DNA of 11,349 bases, taken from NCBI GenBank assembly GCA_043228905.1, contig JBHGNT010001164.1, positions 1-11,349 on the forward strand, written 5' to 3'. The notes below the pieces were generated by a model. It made no database searches, was not told the origin of the DNA, and saw only the letters and a list, made by a program, of their open reading frames with translations. The stretch is from Azolla caroliniana. Its lineage: Eukaryota > Plantae > Polypodiophyta. Of this stretch, positions 8,351 to 11,349 are shown in pieces. The stretch's first letter is position 1. Each line of letters opens with the position of its first letter. The translations under genes were made by a program, and so were the position numbers.

Positions 8351-9061
8351 CTGCAGAGAAACAGAAGAAGAATAGGCTATGGCGGTCAACACGCAGTTTC
8401 AGCAATTGGGTCCTATCGATTTGCTTTGCAGGAATAAAGATATTCGATCCATGGATACTTATATATATACATATATACATACATATGTATATGTCTGCAG
8501 AAACACGGGGGAGAAACAGGGGACAGAGAGAGAGAGTGTGTGTGTGTATGTGTGTGTGTGTGTGTATCAAAGAGAGAGAAAGATAGAGAGAGAGAGTGTG
8601 TGTGTGTGCGTATGTATCAAAGAGAGAGAGAGCGAGTATGTGTGTATGAAAGAGAGAGAGAGAGAGAGAGTATGTGTATCAAAGAGAGAGAGAGAGAGAG
8701 AGAGAGTGTGTGTGTGTATCAAAGAGAGAGAAAGATAGAGAGAGAGAGAGTGTGTGTGTGCGTATGTATCAAAGAGAGAGAGAGCGAGTATGTGTGTATG
8801 AAAGAGAGAGAGAGAGTGTGTGTGTGTGTATGAAAGAGAGAGAGAGAGAGAGAGAGTGTGTGTGTGTGTATGAAAGAGAGAGAGAGAGAGAGAGTGTGTG
8901 TGTGTGTGTATCAAAGAGAGAGAGAAAAGAGGACAGGTCGGTTTTCCGATGTGCCCAACAGAGAAGGCCCTTGCGGCATTATCAGACCGCCTGTAGCAAG
9001 TTTTCGGATCGACACACTCTCTCTCAAATTGGGCTCCTGTGGTGAATCTTATTGGCCTTAC
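8351..9061 (-). other. Probable 5'UTR intron of the WEB-family gene
   Basis: Donor CGG|GTAAGG at 9062/9061. Strong acceptor TTCTTCTTCTGTTTCTCTGCAG| at 8351/8350 and a second candidate acceptor TGTTTCTGCAG| at 8495/8494. No transcript evidence. Confidence 0.55.
8525..8925. repeat. Compound (GA)n(GT)n-AT(C/G)AAA microsatellite/minisatellite array
   Basis: About 400 bp of alternating GA and GT runs joined by ATCAAA/ATGAAA. An adjacent TA/TACA low-complexity run lies at ~8459-8493. Confidence 0.97.
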
Positions 9062-10560
9062 CCGGCCCTTCCCTGTCTCGTGTATTTGGGCACCTCCCAG
9101 TCCCTAGACTTGGATGCCAGATCGAATCGATCAGTCATTATCGACCCACAGAATAGTTGTTTTCTGTGTGTTTTTCGCATTGTTTTCCTATAGCGCTCTC
9201 TGCATGCTTTAAAATGATATACTATCTATTACAAAAAATTTATGGAGGAGAAACATTGGTTGGTTGATAAGGCGTTGGTTATCCCGTCCATCAATACTTC
9301 CAAACCAATGGTCGCGAAAGAGTTTCGTGATGCATGTTAATGCTAATGTGCCCATTTACCGTTTCAAAGGTCATATTAAGGTGCCTCATTGAGACACAGA
9401 CAGTATGTGCTTCTTTCATACCATAATCCGTAAGAATATTAAGCACAGAATGATGTGATGCCAATGGACTTCATTTTCCAGCTTTAGATTTTGATTTTGA
9501 GGATTACAATTTATGTTATATGTCAATGGACCTTGGTTTAGGTTGATTGTACATTGCCATCACACACTCTTTTAAGGCGGTTTTTGGTTTTCTTAAGCAT
9601 TTGGGCTATATGCATAATGGGTTACTTTGAGATGCTCCTTGTTTGCGAGGTTTATTGATTTGATAAGTTGAGGGGCTCTCTTATGCAAGTTCTTACTCCC
9701 CTTGCAATGACATGTCATTGTGCTAGTTTAGATTTGGAGATTCAACCATTCATGTTATGATCCCAACGATTTGTTAGGGTATTATGGTTTGTATGTTAGC
9801 ATATGATTGTAATATAGTTTTTTTTCTAGAAATAAGATAAGACAACAAAAGAGTGAGCGGTGCTTGATATCGGAGTTTCATGTTGTTTGACTTATATAAA
9901 AATATTTAGAAAGCCTTCGAAACTTTAACACATTGCCCTATAATTAGTCTGGTGGTTGTTTCCCAACCAACATGGTCTAGTTACAACACAAATATTATGC
10001 AAGTCTCAAGAAATGTTATCATTGAATGAAGCGCTCCCTTGAAAATGAGAATTCATCTAACGTTTTGTAGTTTGCTTTGAGGCCTCTCTAATTTCATAAT
10101 TCAATGGTTCGAGCACAAGAAACATTATAGTTTTGCGGATAATTATGGTAAACTTCCCACATATTTTTTCCATAAATGCTACTAATTAGTTGTTGATATA
10201 ATTTTGATGACATCCACAACTCGTGAATGTGAAAGATAGTTTTGTTTTCATTCCCACCCTCAAGATGTCAGGTTTATTGTAGCTTTGCAAAATGACCCAT
10301 ATAATGCACCAATCCCAAACATTGTCACAACTACTTTACAAAGTACCCATCCAAGCATTGAGCCCAATTTTAGTGGGGCATTTGGGAGGTAACTTTCTTA
10401 TTAATAAGTTATGGACTTTTGCACATGGAATTTGTTCAATTTATAGTACAAATTTTCACTTTTTCTAGTGGCCATTTATAGTGAATGAAACCTTCTCAAG
10501 TTACCAAATGCTACAAGAGAAGAAAGAAGTTACATGATCAAATTATCAAAGTAACAACAT

Positions 10561-10586
10561 GTGTGTGTGTGTGTGTGTGTGTGTGT
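10561..10586. repeat. (GT)13 microsatellite
   Basis: Perfect dinucleotide run. Confidence 0.97.
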
Positions 10587-11349
10587 AGCCTTAAGACTTT
10601 TAAGTACTAAGCCATGAGGCAAAGGTTCCATCAATCAAAAGGTTTTTGAATGTAGATGAAATAAAATAAACTGGAAATTCGGATGTGTATGAATGTTTGT
10701 ACGTCTGTACGTTAGACTCATGTATGTGTGTGTGCAGAGTCATATGGATTGCATGGTTGGATGCTGACAAATTGTTTTGTCTTTCGAATAGCTCCCTCCA
10801 TCACAATATTTGAATATATCGAACGAGTGACGAGAAGATATCCATCACTTCCTCGTTATCTTGTATTATATGGTATCCTATGTTATCCGCGTGTATTGAT
10901 CGCCATATCCATACTATGCATAGTATTATAAAAATCGCAACACGTAATTATATAGTTAAATGGCAACACACGCACTCTATTCTTTTCTATGTTGTTTTTG
11001 CGCATCAACACGTATAATCATTTTTTTTCTCATATGTCGCTCTATATGTGACACTTTTTGAAACTTATCGAATACATTGTATAACGAGAATAACAGTCAA
11101 TTTATAAACTTTCTATCAATCCACGATTAGTTAATCGTGCATCATTTCTTCAACACATTTATTTTCACATTATGATATTCATTCAATTTCTTCTTGGCCA
11201 CGATTCAATTTTTTCGATCCATCTCGTAATTTTATTGTAAATCCATCAATTCACTTTGTGTTAAATCATCTAAGCCTTTGTATTGTTGTTGTTTAGCTTT
11301 TGGCTTGTGTAAGTTTCACTCGAGAATAGTCAAACAAGTTTTCATATGC

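Noticed and set aside
8220-9193. Multiple 97-123 aa ORFs (ER/CV/HT/SL repeats)
   Set aside because: Artefacts of stop-free dinucleotide repeats.
9200-11349. Possible promoter/TATA box, TE remnants and the 10728-10931 ORF upstream of the WEB gene
   Set aside because: No clear TATA box, terminal repeats or protein motif found by eye; treated as unannotated intergenic DNA.
1-11349. A novel multi-gene system linking MLH1, the repeats and the WEB gene
   Set aside because: Adjacency in a plant genome does not imply shared function, and nothing in the sequence links them.

Overview
Eukaryotic land-plant genomic DNA with spliceosomal GT-AG introns and no prokaryotic features. A fern-like origin is only a weak guess from the repeat style. 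Two genes converge. On the + strand are the last two coding exons of the mismatch-repair gene MLH1 (about 513-670 and 760-804), ending in the diagnostic ...LYKIFERC* tail; the ORF track misses them. On the - strand is a complete three-coding-exon WEB1/PMI2-family (WEMBL/DUF827) coiled-coil gene (8314-7378, 6803-6619, 6366-4495; 997 aa as spliced by hand). It has a ~335-aa acidic N-terminal extension and a probable 5'UTR intron filled by a compound (GA)n(GT)n satellite. The ~3.7 kb between the stop codons holds a probable degenerate LTR-retrotransposon gag relic and several short direct repeats. The sequence gives no support for a novel multi-gene system. The points of interest are unusual features of the WEB gene and the local repeat architecture.
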